A stretch of 57,408 nucleotides of DNA, from contig JAYOTF010000022.1 in NCBI GenBank assembly GCA_038150265.1, positions 1 through 57,408 on the forward strand. The letters are read 5' to 3'. This document shows positions 27,404-38,100 of this stretch, piece by piece. How positions within the stretch are numbered: position 1 is the first letter of the stretch; every line of letters starts with the position of its first letter. Origin of the DNA: Deltaproteobacteria bacterium. Its GTDB lineage: Bacteria > SAR324 > NAC60-12. The notes below the pieces were generated by a model. The model was not told where the DNA came from. It did not search any database and was given only the letters and a program-made list of their open reading frames with translations. The position numbers were made by a program, and so were the translations under genes.

Positions 27404-29148
27404 AATCCCTGGTCTTCTGGAGCCTCGTGACGCTCAAGCTGGTCCTGGTTGCCGCCTGGCTGCTGGTCTCGCTGGGCGTGGCGCTGGCCCAGTCTGACCC
27501 ACGGGCGCATGCCGCCTGGTGGGTGGAGCAGCATGGCGCTTTGGAAGAAGCATCGGCTCCAGAAGCTGCCCGGGTCCGGAAGGTCTTTGAGCAGGTCGTG
27601 CATGCTGCCGACAAACGCTCGGGACGCTGGCCCCAGCTGGTGCTGCTCCGCTCCCAACGAACCCCCCTGGCCCTCTCGCTTCCGGATGGCTCCGTCCTCC
27701 TCAATCACGCGGCCCTGACGTTTCTGTACCAGGTGGAAGACCCGGCGCTCGGCGACACCCGGGCCGCATTTGTGCTGGGACACGAGCTGGCGCACCTGGC
27801 ACAGGATGACTTCTGGCAGGCAGAAGCCTTTGCGGCGTCGCAGGCCAACCCGCAGTGGGAGCAGTCGGTCGAAGCTTGGCTGGCGGGCAAGCAGCAGGCC
27901 AACACGCCGATCCTCCGGGAGCTGCAGGCCGATGCTTACGGCTTGATCTATGCGGTGCAAGCCGGGTTTTCAGCCGATCCAATCCTGGACCAAGGGGAGC
28001 GCTTCTTTGCGGACTGGGCGGCTCAGTCACGTCTGCATCCGCACTCGGGCACCCACCCTCCGGATGCCACCCGAGCAGCGATCCTGCAGGCCTCGCTGCA
28101 TCAGGTCCGAGCGGTTCAGGACTGGTTCGATTTCGGAACCCTCCTGCTCCAGATTGGGCGATTGGACGATGCGCGCCTGCTGCTCGAAGAGTACCAGCGG
28201 CACTTTCCGGGCCGGGCTGTGCTCAACAACCTGGGGGTGGTGGCCTACGAGCAGGCAATGGCGCATCTGGCCGACTGCAATCCCGTGTTGCCCACCACGC
28301 TGATGACCACGCTGCTGGTGGATGTCGAAACCCGTGGAGCCGGGACCCGTCAGGGCGGACACCACTGCCTGCGTGAAGAGCCGGTGCAGCGAGGCTTCCA
28401 GGAGGCCGACCGTTACTTTCAGGAAGCCACCCAGCACGATCCGAACTACCTTCCGGCGTGGAGCAACCTTGCTTCGGTCCGCCTCTGGAGTGGCGATGCC
28501 TCGGGCGCCATGAGCGCTGCGGATCAGGCCCTCAAGCGGGAGGCCACTCTTCCGGAAGCCCTCAACCTGAAGGCGCTGGCCCTCTACCGCTTTGGGGCGC
28601 AGACGGGCATTGATACCGCGGATCGGGCGCTGAAGGTGCTGGAGATTCTGCAGCAGCGCTACCCCCACTACGCCCCGGCGGCCTACAACCGAGCGATGCT
28701 GCTCACGGAACGTCAGCGCACGGCTGCTGCTCAGGAAGCATGGCGGCAGGCCCTGGAACAGCCGCTTCCTGCAGCCTACGCGAGCCATGCCCGGGAACAG
28801 CTCGGGGAGCCCGCACCGGTCAGAGGACGGGTGCTTGCCCAAGTTCCGGCTCCAGTGGCACTGGGCTCTGCGACAGACGGATCGGGAACGGTGGCGCTGC
28901 GACTGCGTCAAGGCAGCTTCCGGGCCTCGGTATCGGTGCAGGCAGACCTCCGGATCCTGCGACTGGGACGCTCAGTGGAGCTGGTTCAGCAGCAGGCGCC
29001 TGCTGTACGTCCTGATGCCCTTCCCCCGCCCAAGCTCCGGCAGCGCCTGCCCACTGGCGAATTGTGGCTCTACGATGACTTCGCTCTGGAAGTCCGGGAG
29101 GGAGTCAGTCGACGGGCCTGGTGGTTTGCCCCGCACGATCCTTCCTGA
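27400..29148 (+). CDS. exported M48-family zinc metalloprotease with TPR repeats
   Basis: Signal peptide; AFVLGHELAH, ELQADAYG, THP; TPR motifs (VLNNLG, AWSNLA, AAYNRA); ATGA overlap with the anti-sigma gene. Confidence 0.85.
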   Translation: MKSLVFWSLVTLKLVLVAAWLLVSLGVALAQSDPRAHAAWWVEQHGALEEASAPEAARVRKVFEQVVHAADKRSGRWPQLVLLRSQRTPLALSLPDGSVLLNHAALTFLYQVEDPALGDTRAAFVLGHELAHLAQDDFWQAEAFAASQANPQWEQSVEAWLAGKQQANTPILRELQADAYGLIYAVQAGFSADPILDQGERFFADWAAQSRLHPHSGTHPPDATRAAILQASLHQVRAVQDWFDFGTLLLQIGRLDDARLLLEEYQRHFPGRAVLNNLGVVAYEQAMAHLADCNPVLPTTLMTTLLVDVETRGAGTRQGGHHCLREEPVQRGFQEADRYFQEATQHDPNYLPAWSNLASVRLWSGDASGAMSAADQALKREATLPEALNLKALALYRFGAQTGIDTADRALKVLEILQQRYPHYAPAAYNRAMLLTERQRTAAAQEAWRQALEQPLPAAYASHAREQLGEPAPVRGRVLAQVPAPVALGSATDGSGTVALRLRQGSFRASVSVQADLRILRLGRSVELVQQQAPAVRPDALPPPKLRQRLPTGELWLYDDFALEVREGVSRRAWWFAPHDPS

Positions 29149-29286
29149 ACGCCTCCCGATTCCGCTTCGGCTGCCGCAATCTTTTGATTTTTTCCCCGGC
29201 TTCTTGCATCGTTGTCACTCGGATTCCGCAGGAGCGTCCTGCGGCCCTCGCTGAGGGAAGCCTCTGACTGCTTTCAACGACTCACC

Positions 29287-29913
29287 ATGCCTGACATGCC
29301 CCGTTTGCTCATCACCTGTCTGGACCTCGAAGGGGTCCTGATTCCGGAAATCTGGCTGGGCCTGGCCGACCGTACCGGCCTCGACGACCTCCGCCTGACC
29401 ACCCGCGACATTGCCGATTATGATGAACTCATGCAGCATCGGCTGCGGGTGTGCGAGCAGCACGGGCTGGGCCTTCCGGATATCCAGAAGGTGGTGGAAA
29501 CAATGGCTCCCATGCCAGGGGCCGTGGAGTTTCTACGCTGGCTCCAGACCAAGGGGGAGGTTGTGATTCTCTCAGACACCTTCCGGGAGTTTGTGGTGCC
29601 GCTGCTTCCGCAACTCGAGCACCCCACGCTTTTTTGCCACTCCCTCGAAATTGAACCCTCGGGCAAGATTGCCAACTACTGCCTGCGCTTGCAGGACCAG
29701 AAGCGCAAGGCTGTGGAAGCCTTCCGGAGCCTGAACTTTCAGGTTGTGTCGGCTGGCGACTCCTACAACGACATCTCCATGCTCAAGGCCTCGCACTGGG
29801 GCATCCTCTACCGTCCGGCTGAGAGAGTGGTGGCCGAATACCCCGAGTTCCCGGTCACAACCGATTACGAGGCCCTGAAGGCCGAACTCTCCAAGCTGCC
29901 CGGCTATGCGTAA
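29287..29913 (+). CDS. thrH: phosphoserine phosphatase/homoserine phosphotransferase
   Basis: CLDLEGVLIPEIW, TTRDI.DYDELM, ILSDTF, AGDSYND. Start could be 29296. Confidence 0.93.
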   Translation: MPDMPRLLITCLDLEGVLIPEIWLGLADRTGLDDLRLTTRDIADYDELMQHRLRVCEQHGLGLPDIQKVVETMAPMPGAVEFLRWLQTKGEVVILSDTFREFVVPLLPQLEHPTLFCHSLEIEPSGKIANYCLRLQDQKRKAVEAFRSLNFQVVSAGDSYNDISMLKASHWGILYRPAERVVAEYPEFPVTTDYEALKAELSKLPGYA

Positions 29914-30712
29914 GCCAACCCGAACGCCCCCGCGTTCCTCAGGGAAGCCCCCTGCCCGCGGACGCCGTCCTGCTGCCCCTCGTGGTCGAGAAGAAGGCCT
30001 GTACGGCATCCAGCCCATCACCGAAGCCTTGCGTCACCGGAGACGTCCGTTGGAGGCGCTGTTGCTGAAGGACGGCTCCGGGAACCCGAGGCTGGAGGAG
30101 TTGCGAGCCCTGGCGGAGGAGTTGAAGCTTCCGGTGAAGCGTGTGGAGGGGCGTGAGTTGGACCAGCGGTGTCCGGGCGCGGTGCATCAGGGGGCGGTGT
30201 TGCTGTGTGGCGAGTTGGACACACAAGAGGCGCTCGACCTTCCGGATCCACGGCAGCAGCCGTATCCGGTCCTCATGGCACTGGATCAGGTGGAGGATCC
30301 GCACAACCTTGGCGCCATCCTGCGAACCTGTGGCTTCTTTGGCGTGGAGGCGTTGGTGATGCCGCGGGACCATGCGCCTCCGCTGGGAGGCGTTGTGGCA
30401 AAAAGCTCCACCGGCGTTTCGGAGTGGCTGCCCATCCTCAAGGTGCCGAACCTGCACCGCTTCCTCAAGCAGCAGCAGCAAGCCGGCTACTGGGTGGTGG
30501 GACTGGACATGGAAGGCGCGGAGCCCCTGACCGGCCTCAAGCGAGACCGGGCGCTGATTCTGGTGCTGGGCAACGAAGGGCAGGGCCTGCGTCCGCTCAC
30601 ACGGCAGACGTGTGACTGGGCGGTGCAGATTTCCGGAAGTGGCGCCGTGGAGTCCCTGAATGTCAGCAACGCCGCTGCCATCACGCTTCATCAGGTGTTT
30701 CGGGAAGGCTAA
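29906..30712 (+). CDS. rlmB: 23S rRNA (Gm2251) 2'-O-methyltransferase
   Basis: HQG, LDQVEDPHNLGAILRT, GNEGQG, ESLNVS SpoU motifs. Confidence 0.9.
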   Translation: MRKPTRTPPRSSGKPPARGRRPAAPRGREEGLYGIQPITEALRHRRRPLEALLLKDGSGNPRLEELRALAEELKLPVKRVEGRELDQRCPGAVHQGAVLLCGELDTQEALDLPDPRQQPYPVLMALDQVEDPHNLGAILRTCGFFGVEALVMPRDHAPPLGGVVAKSSTGVSEWLPILKVPNLHRFLKQQQQAGYWVVGLDMEGAEPLTGLKRDRALILVLGNEGQGLRPLTRQTCDWAVQISGSGAVESLNVSNAAAITLHQVFREG

Positions 30713-32180
30713 CGGCCTGCACCTGCGTTTCCACCGTTCCGTCCGGAAGGTGGATCTCCAACCGTTCCCCCACCGTGACCTCCTGAGCGCTTCGCAGCGC
30801 CTGCCGGTTGGGCTTCCGGACCATGGCGTATCCCCGCTGCACCTGCGCAAGCGGACTGAGGTGCTGGAGCGCTTCGGCATGAGCGGCCAGCTGCTGCTTG
30901 TGCTGCATCAGGTTCTGGTGCAGGGCCCGTTGCAAACGCTCCTGCAGCTGCTGCAGGGAGGGGGCAAGGTCCCGGAGGCGTTGTTGAGGAGCCAGCACCT
31001 TCAGCGTGTGGTCGGCCTGCTGCACCCGAAACTGCCGTCGTTCCTGCTGCCGGCTCCATGTGGCTTCCAGCTTCTCATCCAAATCATCCACCCGTTGCTG
31101 ATAAAACGCGATGGCTCGCTCTGGAGACGCCAGCCGGAAGGCCAGTTGCTCCACCCGTTCCCGGGCCCGTTCGGCATGACGCTCAACTGTGCGGATGAGC
31201 TGGTTCTGAAGCTCATTGACGGTGTACAGCAGGTCGGCGCGTCGAGGCACCGCCTGCTCCATTGCGGCAGAAGGCGTGGGGGCCCGGAGGTCGGCAACAA
31301 AGTCCGCGATCGTGTAGTCCGTTTCATGTCCCACTGCGGAAATGATCGGAAGCGGCATGTGGAAGATCGCCCGGGCCAGCTCCTCATTGTTGAAGGCCCA
31401 GAGGTCTTCCAGAGAGCCGCCGCCTCGCCCAATGATGACCAGGTCCACGCCGAGTCGCTGATGCCGCTCCGCAAAGTACCGAAGCCCGGCCAGCAGTTCC
31501 GGAACCGCCCGCTCTCCCTGGACCGAAGCCGGATAGAGCAGGACCGGGATGCCGGGAAAGCGCCGGTTCAGGACGGTCCACATGTCGTGAATGACGGCTC
31601 CGGACTGCGAGGTGACAATGCCGATGCGCTTGGGCAGAAACGGCAGGGCCCGCTTGTGTTGGTCGTCAAAGAGCCCCTCGTGCTGAAGGCGGTTCCGGAG
31701 CTGCTCAAACGCGAGCTGCAAGGCGCCCACGCCTTTGGGTTCAAACGCTGAGGCCTGAAGCTGATACTCGCCTCGGGGACCATAGACGCTGACGCTGCCC
31801 CGGACGACGACTTCCAGTCCCTGCTCCGGGCGAAAGGGCAGGCGGGCGGCGGCATTCCGGAACATCACCCCCTTGATCTGGGCCTGGGTATCCTTGAGCG
31901 TGAAGTAGAGGTGCCCGGACGCAGCCCGCGTCAGGCTGGAAATCTCGCCCTCCACCAGCACGCCCCGAAACTTTCCTTCCAGCACAAAACGAATCTGCTG
32001 GGTCAGCTCGGCAACGGTCAGCGGCTGCGGAGCCGTTGGGGGTTCTGGAACGCGTTCCGGAGCGGCCGAGCCTGAAGGCAAGGAGGGTTCCGACTCGCCG
32101 GGGGCTGGTTCGCGGGGGGCCGGTTCTTCAGGTTCCACAATGAACGGAATGCTGGTCTGGATGGTTTTCTTAGCGGGCAT
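30681..32180 (-). CDS. xseA: exodeoxyribonuclease VII large subunit
   Basis: VEGEIS, SGHLYFTLKD, IGIVTS, RGGGSLEDLWAFN, VGHETD, PTPSAA. Start placed at ATG 32180. Confidence 0.95.
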   Translation of the reverse strand: MPAKKTIQTSIPFIVEPEEPAPREPAPGESEPSLPSGSAAPERVPEPPTAPQPLTVAELTQQIRFVLEGKFRGVLVEGEISSLTRAASGHLYFTLKDTQAQIKGVMFRNAAARLPFRPEQGLEVVVRGSVSVYGPRGEYQLQASAFEPKGVGALQLAFEQLRNRLQHEGLFDDQHKRALPFLPKRIGIVTSQSGAVIHDMWTVLNRRFPGIPVLLYPASVQGERAVPELLAGLRYFAERHQRLGVDLVIIGRGGGSLEDLWAFNNEELARAIFHMPLPIISAVGHETDYTIADFVADLRAPTPSAAMEQAVPRRADLLYTVNELQNQLIRTVERHAERARERVEQLAFRLASPERAIAFYQQRVDDLDEKLEATWSRQQERRQFRVQQADHTLKVLAPQQRLRDLAPSLQQLQERLQRALHQNLMQHKQQLAAHAEALQHLSPLAQVQRGYAMVRKPNRQALRSAQEVTVGERLEIHLPDGTVETQVQAVSLPETPDEA

Positions 32181-33900
32181 TCCGGATTTCGGCAAGGCGT
32201 TGTTCGTAGTAGTTGCTTCCGGAGGGGGCATCTGGAGCAGGCCCCTGATCCGCCAGCCGCAGGGCCTCCCGGGCGGCATGCAGGGCCTCTTCATACTGAC
32301 CTTGCTGCCGGTAGCCTTCAGCCAGGGTGTCCCAGATGAAGGCTGCAGGCTGGTGCGCCAGTGCCGCCTGTGCAAGCTGAATCGACTCCGCAAGGGCTTC
32401 CGGATCATGAGCGCGGTTTTCTGCCAGCACCCACGCGAGGTTGTTGAGGGTCCGGGGATCGTCAGGAGCGAGCTCCAGGGCCTGTCGGTAGTAGCGTTCT
32501 GCCTCCTCCAGGTGGCCCTGTGAGTAGGCCAGGTCTCCCAGCTGGGTGAGGAATCCGGAATCGCGGGGCGTCAGGGTTTCGTTGTGCTGCACGTACCAGG
32601 TGAGCCACTGGCGGATGCCGGCGTTGGAGGTGGCGTAGCTGTTGATGCCGATGGTGCAGAGCAGGGTCAGGACGCATCCGAACTGAATCCAGCGGACGCG
32701 TCGGTGGTGTGCGGAAACCCGCTCCGGCTCCTGCGCGCCCACCTTGAGGAAGTTGAGGCGGTCCAGGATGCCGTAGTGGTGCCAGTTGGGCTTTTCGGGG
32801 TCAATGCCATTGAGCCACGCCACCTTCAGCAGGGCCCGTCCCATCGGTTCCAGGCCAACGCGTTCCAGGGCATTGCAGTCGGCCTGCCGCTCAAAGTTGC
32901 GGCTGAGGAAGCCAAGTCCGAAACGCAGAAACAGCAGCAGGGCGAGGATGGTGAAGCTTCCGTAAAAGACGGCGGGCAGCTCCCATTCCCCGAACCACTC
33001 CGTGACCGTCAGGGCGGCTGAGAGCAGCATCATGCCTTCGAGGAAGGCGAAGAAGGCGAAGGCGTAGAAGAGCAGGTGCTGCTTGCGGAGGTGTCCGGCT
33101 TCATGAGCAATGACGGCCCGGAGCTCCTCCGGCGTGAGGGCATTCAGCAACTGGCGGCTGATGAGCAGGTACCGGAGTCCTGGAAGCAGCCCAACCACGC
33201 CGGCCGTCGCACTGGAGAGCAGCTCCTCGGGCCAGAGCAACACCTTCCGGACCGAGACGCCGTTGTGCTGCAGCTCGTCTTCAATGAGGAACCGGCCTTC
33301 ACTTTCCGGAAGCCCCTCCAGGTTCCAGGCCTTCATCATCACCGGCGGAGCCAGAGCGATCATGAGAACCAGGCTGCTCAGGGTGCTCAGCAGCAGCTCG
33401 GCATTGAGCGGCAGGTCTTCCGTCCACAGCGGGAGGACGCTTAGCCACACCGAATGAACGGCCCCGAGGATCAGCAGGGGCAACTGCAGGCGCAGGTTCC
33501 GGACCAGCCGAGTTCGGTAGCCCTCCCGGTGGGGAGAGAGCGGGGTGATGGCAAGGGAGTCGAGCAGCCAAAAATGCACAATGAGCAATCCGAAGGCCCA
33601 CCCGTCGGGACTCCAGCCTTCCTGAAACACCGCCTGCAGGCGCAGGTCGAGCGCTTCGGTGTAGATGGCCCCGAGCCACGCGGTGAGGATGAGCAGGCGC
33701 TTGAAGTGCTGCTGCCGCTGCAGGGAGAGGTGCCGGCTTTGAAACGAGGCTTGCCCGATCCAAAACGCGAGCCCCAGCAGCCCCAACAGGGTCAGCGGCC
33801 AGGGGAGGTTCAGCCACGCCTCCGGACGAGCCGCTGTGTCTTCCGTGAGCAACGATAGACTGAGGGACGCCAGAATGAGGGGAAGAAAGGGCAAGAACAT
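32170..33900 (-). CDS. membrane M48 (HtpX/Ste24-like) metalloprotease with C-terminal TPR
   Basis: Multiple TM helices; AVIAHEAGH, FERQAD; TPR (LNNLAW, DTLAE). Confidence 0.88.
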   Translation of the reverse strand: MFLPFLPLILASLSLSLLTEDTAARPEAWLNLPWPLTLLGLLGLAFWIGQASFQSRHLSLQRQQHFKRLLILTAWLGAIYTEALDLRLQAVFQEGWSPDGWAFGLLIVHFWLLDSLAITPLSPHREGYRTRLVRNLRLQLPLLILGAVHSVWLSVLPLWTEDLPLNAELLLSTLSSLVLMIALAPPVMMKAWNLEGLPESEGRFLIEDELQHNGVSVRKVLLWPEELLSSATAGVVGLLPGLRYLLISRQLLNALTPEELRAVIAHEAGHLRKQHLLFYAFAFFAFLEGMMLLSAALTVTEWFGEWELPAVFYGSFTILALLLFLRFGLGFLSRNFERQADCNALERVGLEPMGRALLKVAWLNGIDPEKPNWHHYGILDRLNFLKVGAQEPERVSAHHRRVRWIQFGCVLTLLCTIGINSYATSNAGIRQWLTWYVQHNETLTPRDSGFLTQLGDLAYSQGHLEEAERYYRQALELAPDDPRTLNNLAWVLAENRAHDPEALAESIQLAQAALAHQPAAFIWDTLAEGYRQQGQYEEALHAAREALRLADQGPAPDAPSGSNYYEQRLAEIRNAR

Positions 33901-33967
33901 GGAAGAACTCGTAACCGAAAAAAGATTAGGGTATGATCGATTCTTTTAACTTTTGATTCAGGAATAC

Positions 33968-35134
33968 ATGGACTCCTCACCTTCCAGCAATGTACACCAT
34001 CTGACGTACAACGATAAGCAGATTGTCCTGGTGGGAACGGCCCACATCTCTCAGGCGAGCGTGGATGAGGTCCGTGAGGTGATTCATCAAGAGGCCCCGG
34101 ATTCGGTCTGTGTGGAGCTGTGTGCGTCACGGCTGGAAGCCATCCGGAACCCGGATGCGTGGAAGAAGACCGACCTCTTTCAGATCATCAAGGAGGGGAA
34201 GACCTTTTTGCTGCTGGGCAACCTGATGATGTCGTCCTTTCAGCGTCGCATCGGCAAGCAACTGGGGGTGCAGCCGGGAGCCGAGATGATGGAAGGGGTC
34301 CGGGCGGCTGAAGCGACTGGCGCCACGCTCGTGCTGGCGGACCGGGATGTCCGGACCACCCTCCAGCGGACCTGGCGCTCCCTGAAGTTCTGGGACCGGA
34401 CCAAGCTCCTGGGGCAACTGGTGGCGAGCATTTTCTCGAATGAGGAAATTTCAGAGGCTGAAATCGAGGCCATGAAGCAAGGAGACGCGCTGGCAGAAGC
34501 CATGGACGCGCTGGCCAGTCAGTCGCCTCACATCAAGCGGGTGATCATTGATGAGCGGGATGCTTACCTGGCGGAGAAGATCCGCAATGCTCCAGGCGAG
34601 AAGGTGGTGGCCGTGGTGGGCGCCGGACACGTTTCCGGGATCCTCAAGCAGATTGAAGAGCCCCACGACCTTGCCGAGCTGGAATACGTCCCTCCGCCTT
34701 CCAGCTGGGGGAAGCTGCTGAGCTGGGGACTGCCGCTGCTGATTGTCGCCCTCATCGGGTATGGCTTCATGGTCTCCGGACAGGACGCCAGCCTGGAGAT
34801 GATTCAGCGCTGGTTCTTCATCAACGGCGCCCTCTCGGCGCTGGGGGTGCTGGCGGCCTTCGGGCACCCGATCACCATTGCGACGGCTTTTGTGGCGGCA
34901 CCGTTTACCTCGCTGAACCCGATGATTGCCGCCGGGTGGGTCGCCGGGTTGGTGGAGGCATTTCTGCACAAGCCCAAGGTTGAGGACTTTGAGAACCTCA
35001 ATGAGGACATCACTGAGCTGAAGGGCTTCTGGCGCAACAAGATCACCCGGATCCTGCTGGTGGTGGTCTTTGCAAACCTCGGCAGCAGCATCGGAACCTT
35101 CGTGGGTGGCTTTGCGGTTGCCAGCTTGCTCTAG
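33968..35134 (+). CDS. TraB/GumN family (PrgY-like) protein
   Basis: LVGTAHIS, VCVELC, PGAEM, ADRD, DERD, VVGAGH. Confidence 0.9.
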   Translation: MDSSPSSNVHHLTYNDKQIVLVGTAHISQASVDEVREVIHQEAPDSVCVELCASRLEAIRNPDAWKKTDLFQIIKEGKTFLLLGNLMMSSFQRRIGKQLGVQPGAEMMEGVRAAEATGATLVLADRDVRTTLQRTWRSLKFWDRTKLLGQLVASIFSNEEISEAEIEAMKQGDALAEAMDALASQSPHIKRVIIDERDAYLAEKIRNAPGEKVVAVVGAGHVSGILKQIEEPHDLAELEYVPPPSSWGKLLSWGLPLLIVALIGYGFMVSGQDASLEMIQRWFFINGALSALGVLAAFGHPITIATAFVAAPFTSLNPMIAAGWVAGLVEAFLHKPKVEDFENLNEDITELKGFWRNKITRILLVVVFANLGSSIGTFVGGFAVASLL

Positions 35135-38100
35135 GAGCTTTCCGGAAACGCGAGGTGCTGGAAGTACAGGTTCAGCCGCTGCCGGGTCAGCGCATGGGCG
35201 TCTTCCGGAGGCGCCAGGTCTTCCAGAAACCGGAAGGGCTCGCGAGGCAGTCGGAAGCCCTGTTCTGCAGACAGCGCCTGCTGCATCTTCTGCTGAAACT
35301 TCCGGTTGAAGGTGGCAGGGTTCCCCAACGCGTCCTGGAGCGTCTGGGCTTCCGACGCCGCATAGAGGAAGTCAAACCGCTCCGTCTGCAACGCCGTGAG
35401 AATCGTGTTGAGGTACGCCCATCCCGCGTCCGGATCGGGAAGGTGCAGGGTGGCCTCACTGAGATCTTCTTTGGAAAGCAGAACCGCGGAGCGAGGAAAG
35501 GCGTGGGTCAGGCGTCCTGCGGCTTGCAGAGCCACCAGCTCCAGAAAGGGCTGGAGCCACTCCTTTTGATCCGGGGCCTTGCTTGCCTGGACCTTCCGGC
35601 GCACCACCTGTAGCGAAAAGCGGGGCTGATCGCCCTCACACAGCCACCACCCGGTCGCTCCGGAGAGGGTCACCCCCTGAAGGTGCAGGGGCGGCCCCAG
35701 AATCCATGCCTCCGGCGCCCGCTTCCACTCCGTGACCTCCCACTTGCTCAAGGGCCCCATGACCAACCGACGCGGTACCAGCGACCGGCCCACCGGCATC
35801 AGCTGTTTCACCTGATCCTCCCAGTTCGTCAGCACCTCAAGGTGCTGCTTCTTGAGGCCTTCCTGCAAGATGCCGGGGGGAAGCTTTCCCAACCGCTCCC
35901 AGCGCTGAAAGACCATCTCGTACGCCTGCACCCAGTCGACGCCCACGGAAAAAGCCTGCCCCATGGTTTCCCGGAACAGCAGGGTCTCCTCCAGGGCATT
36001 CAGGTGAAAGGGCTCCTCCTCAACGTCGGTGAGGTCCTCTTCATCAGACGCCAGGCGCAGCGCACGTTTCGTCTGAGCGACCAGTGGGTTTTCCAGAAAT
36101 TGCCTCAACTGGGTCAGGGTGAGCCGCTCCGTTGTCAGAGGCGCGTCTGCCGGTTCCGACTGCTGGACGTGAGGCAAGTGAGGACGCAGGGCCGCCCAAA
36201 GCTCCGGACGATCCGGAAGCGGAAGGTGGCGCTCCAGTTGCTTCCGGAGCTGCTGCGCTCGGGCTTGCCGGAAGGCCTCCAGGCTGTACTGCGGGAAGGC
36301 CGCAGGAGAAGCGCTGCCCTGGAGTTCCGGAAAGTAACTCGCGTCGTAAGGCGTAACCGGTAACAAGCGGGGCGCCATGGGCTGGGCCAGGTAGCCGGTG
36401 TTGAGCGTCTCCAGCAGCAGCTCAATCAGTGAAGACGGACGCTGAGGCTCTCCTTTTTCATCCTGGCTGAGGAAGCTCAGAATCAGGCTTTCGCTGGTGG
36501 AAATCAGAGTCTCGAGGAACTGGTAGTGGTCCCGCTCCATGGGGGAGACGTCCCCAATCAGCCGCCTCCGGAAGGTTCGGTCTCCGGTTCCCGGCACCGG
36601 TACGTCTCGCAGGTCGAGCTGATCTTCCTGGACCTTGGACGGGAAGGCTCCCTCCTGCAGGCCAAGGATGAAGACCACCCGAAAGGGGATGGGACGCATC
36701 GGCTGAAACGGCGAAATCGTCACGCCCTCGGCGAGGTAGTGGCCTCGCTGGAAGCGGGTCCGCTCGTACTGCTGCATGAAGAATTCCAGCACCAGCGGGT
36801 AGCTCAGGGGAGCATCTTCGGTGGGGAGGACCTCCAGGTTGGCAAAGGTCTGGGTGGTCTCGAGGAGGCGCTGAAATTCTTCCTGCCCGTAGTCGTCTGC
36901 AGGCTGCAGGTAGGTGCTGAGGAAGCGGTGGAGCAGCTGCGACCACCCCTGGGCCGAATCCTGATGCGCGGCCAGGAAGCGGGCATCCGCCAGGAGCGAC
37001 TGGACGATGAGCTGAAACTGCGCGGCACCTGCGGCCTCATCGTCTCCAACGGTTCCGGGCACCCATTCCTGCTCCTCCCAACTGACGGAATCAGACTCGG
37101 TCTCCAGGTAGCTCCCGAGGGCCAGACGCTGAAAGCCCTGTTGCCAGTGGTAGCGTTGTTCCGGAAGGTGCGCGTAGCCGCGTTCCTGAAAGTCGGCAGC
37201 ATCCTTGCCAAAGTAGATCCCCAGCTCCTCACTCCAGCGAATCCAGGCTTCTGGATCGACCGCTTCTTCTCCAGAAGGCGTCTTCAGGGTTTTCAGGAAG
37301 CAGGGGCTCTGGAGGAGGTTCAGGACTTCACGACGTGAGACGTCCCCAAGGCCCAGGTGCAGCAGCTGCCGAGCCGCCTCCATGAGGGCGCCTGAAGCGC
37401 CGTGGTGGCCATCAACGAGGTGGTAGGGCAGCCGGTAAAGCGACCGGAAGACCTGCTCGAGCTCCCACTGATAAACCCGGAGGTCCGGCGCAATGACGGC
37501 AATTTCATTGAACCGCAGGGGCGTGGAGCCAGAGTGGGTTTGGACGAGTTCCCAGATGCGGTTGGCAACCTGCTCCACCTCCCGCCGAATGGTGGGGCAG
37601 CCGACGACTTCCACGCTCGCGTCTGGCGCAAGCTTCAGCTGGGTCTCGCCAAAGCGCCGAGGCTCCCGAACCAGCAGGTCGTGCTGGAGGTGCTGCAGCA
37701 CCGAGCGTTCCGGAACCCCTTCAGGCACAGGAACGGAGGCCGGGGTGTCGTCGTCACTCAGCGGATCCCGGAAGTGGGCGAAGAAGTCCCAGTCGCCCCA
37801 GCGGTTGAGCATCCGGATGTTCTCCCGACCCGGGTACCCCCATGCCTGCAGGAGCGGGTGATCGGACTCGTTCTGGAGCAGCTCTCCCGGAACAAGGTCG
37901 TTCCAGGCCACCTGTGCCCGCTTGGCCTCATTGAAGTACTGGAAGGCGTCCGGACGCTTCTTGAACTGCTGGCGCTGCTTCCAGTAGGGCTCCAGGTCTT
38001 CCCAGAACTCCATGCACGGGTTGAGGGTGTAGATGCAGACCTCCCGGACCTGCTCCACCTGCTGCGTGAGGACCTTCTGGTGAAAGGCGGAAAGGTAGGA

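Noticed and set aside
11881..35134. Conjugative element suggested by TraF-like and TraB-like names
   Set aside because: Both families have common non-conjugative chromosomal members; no relaxase, VirB4, coupling protein or integrase is present.
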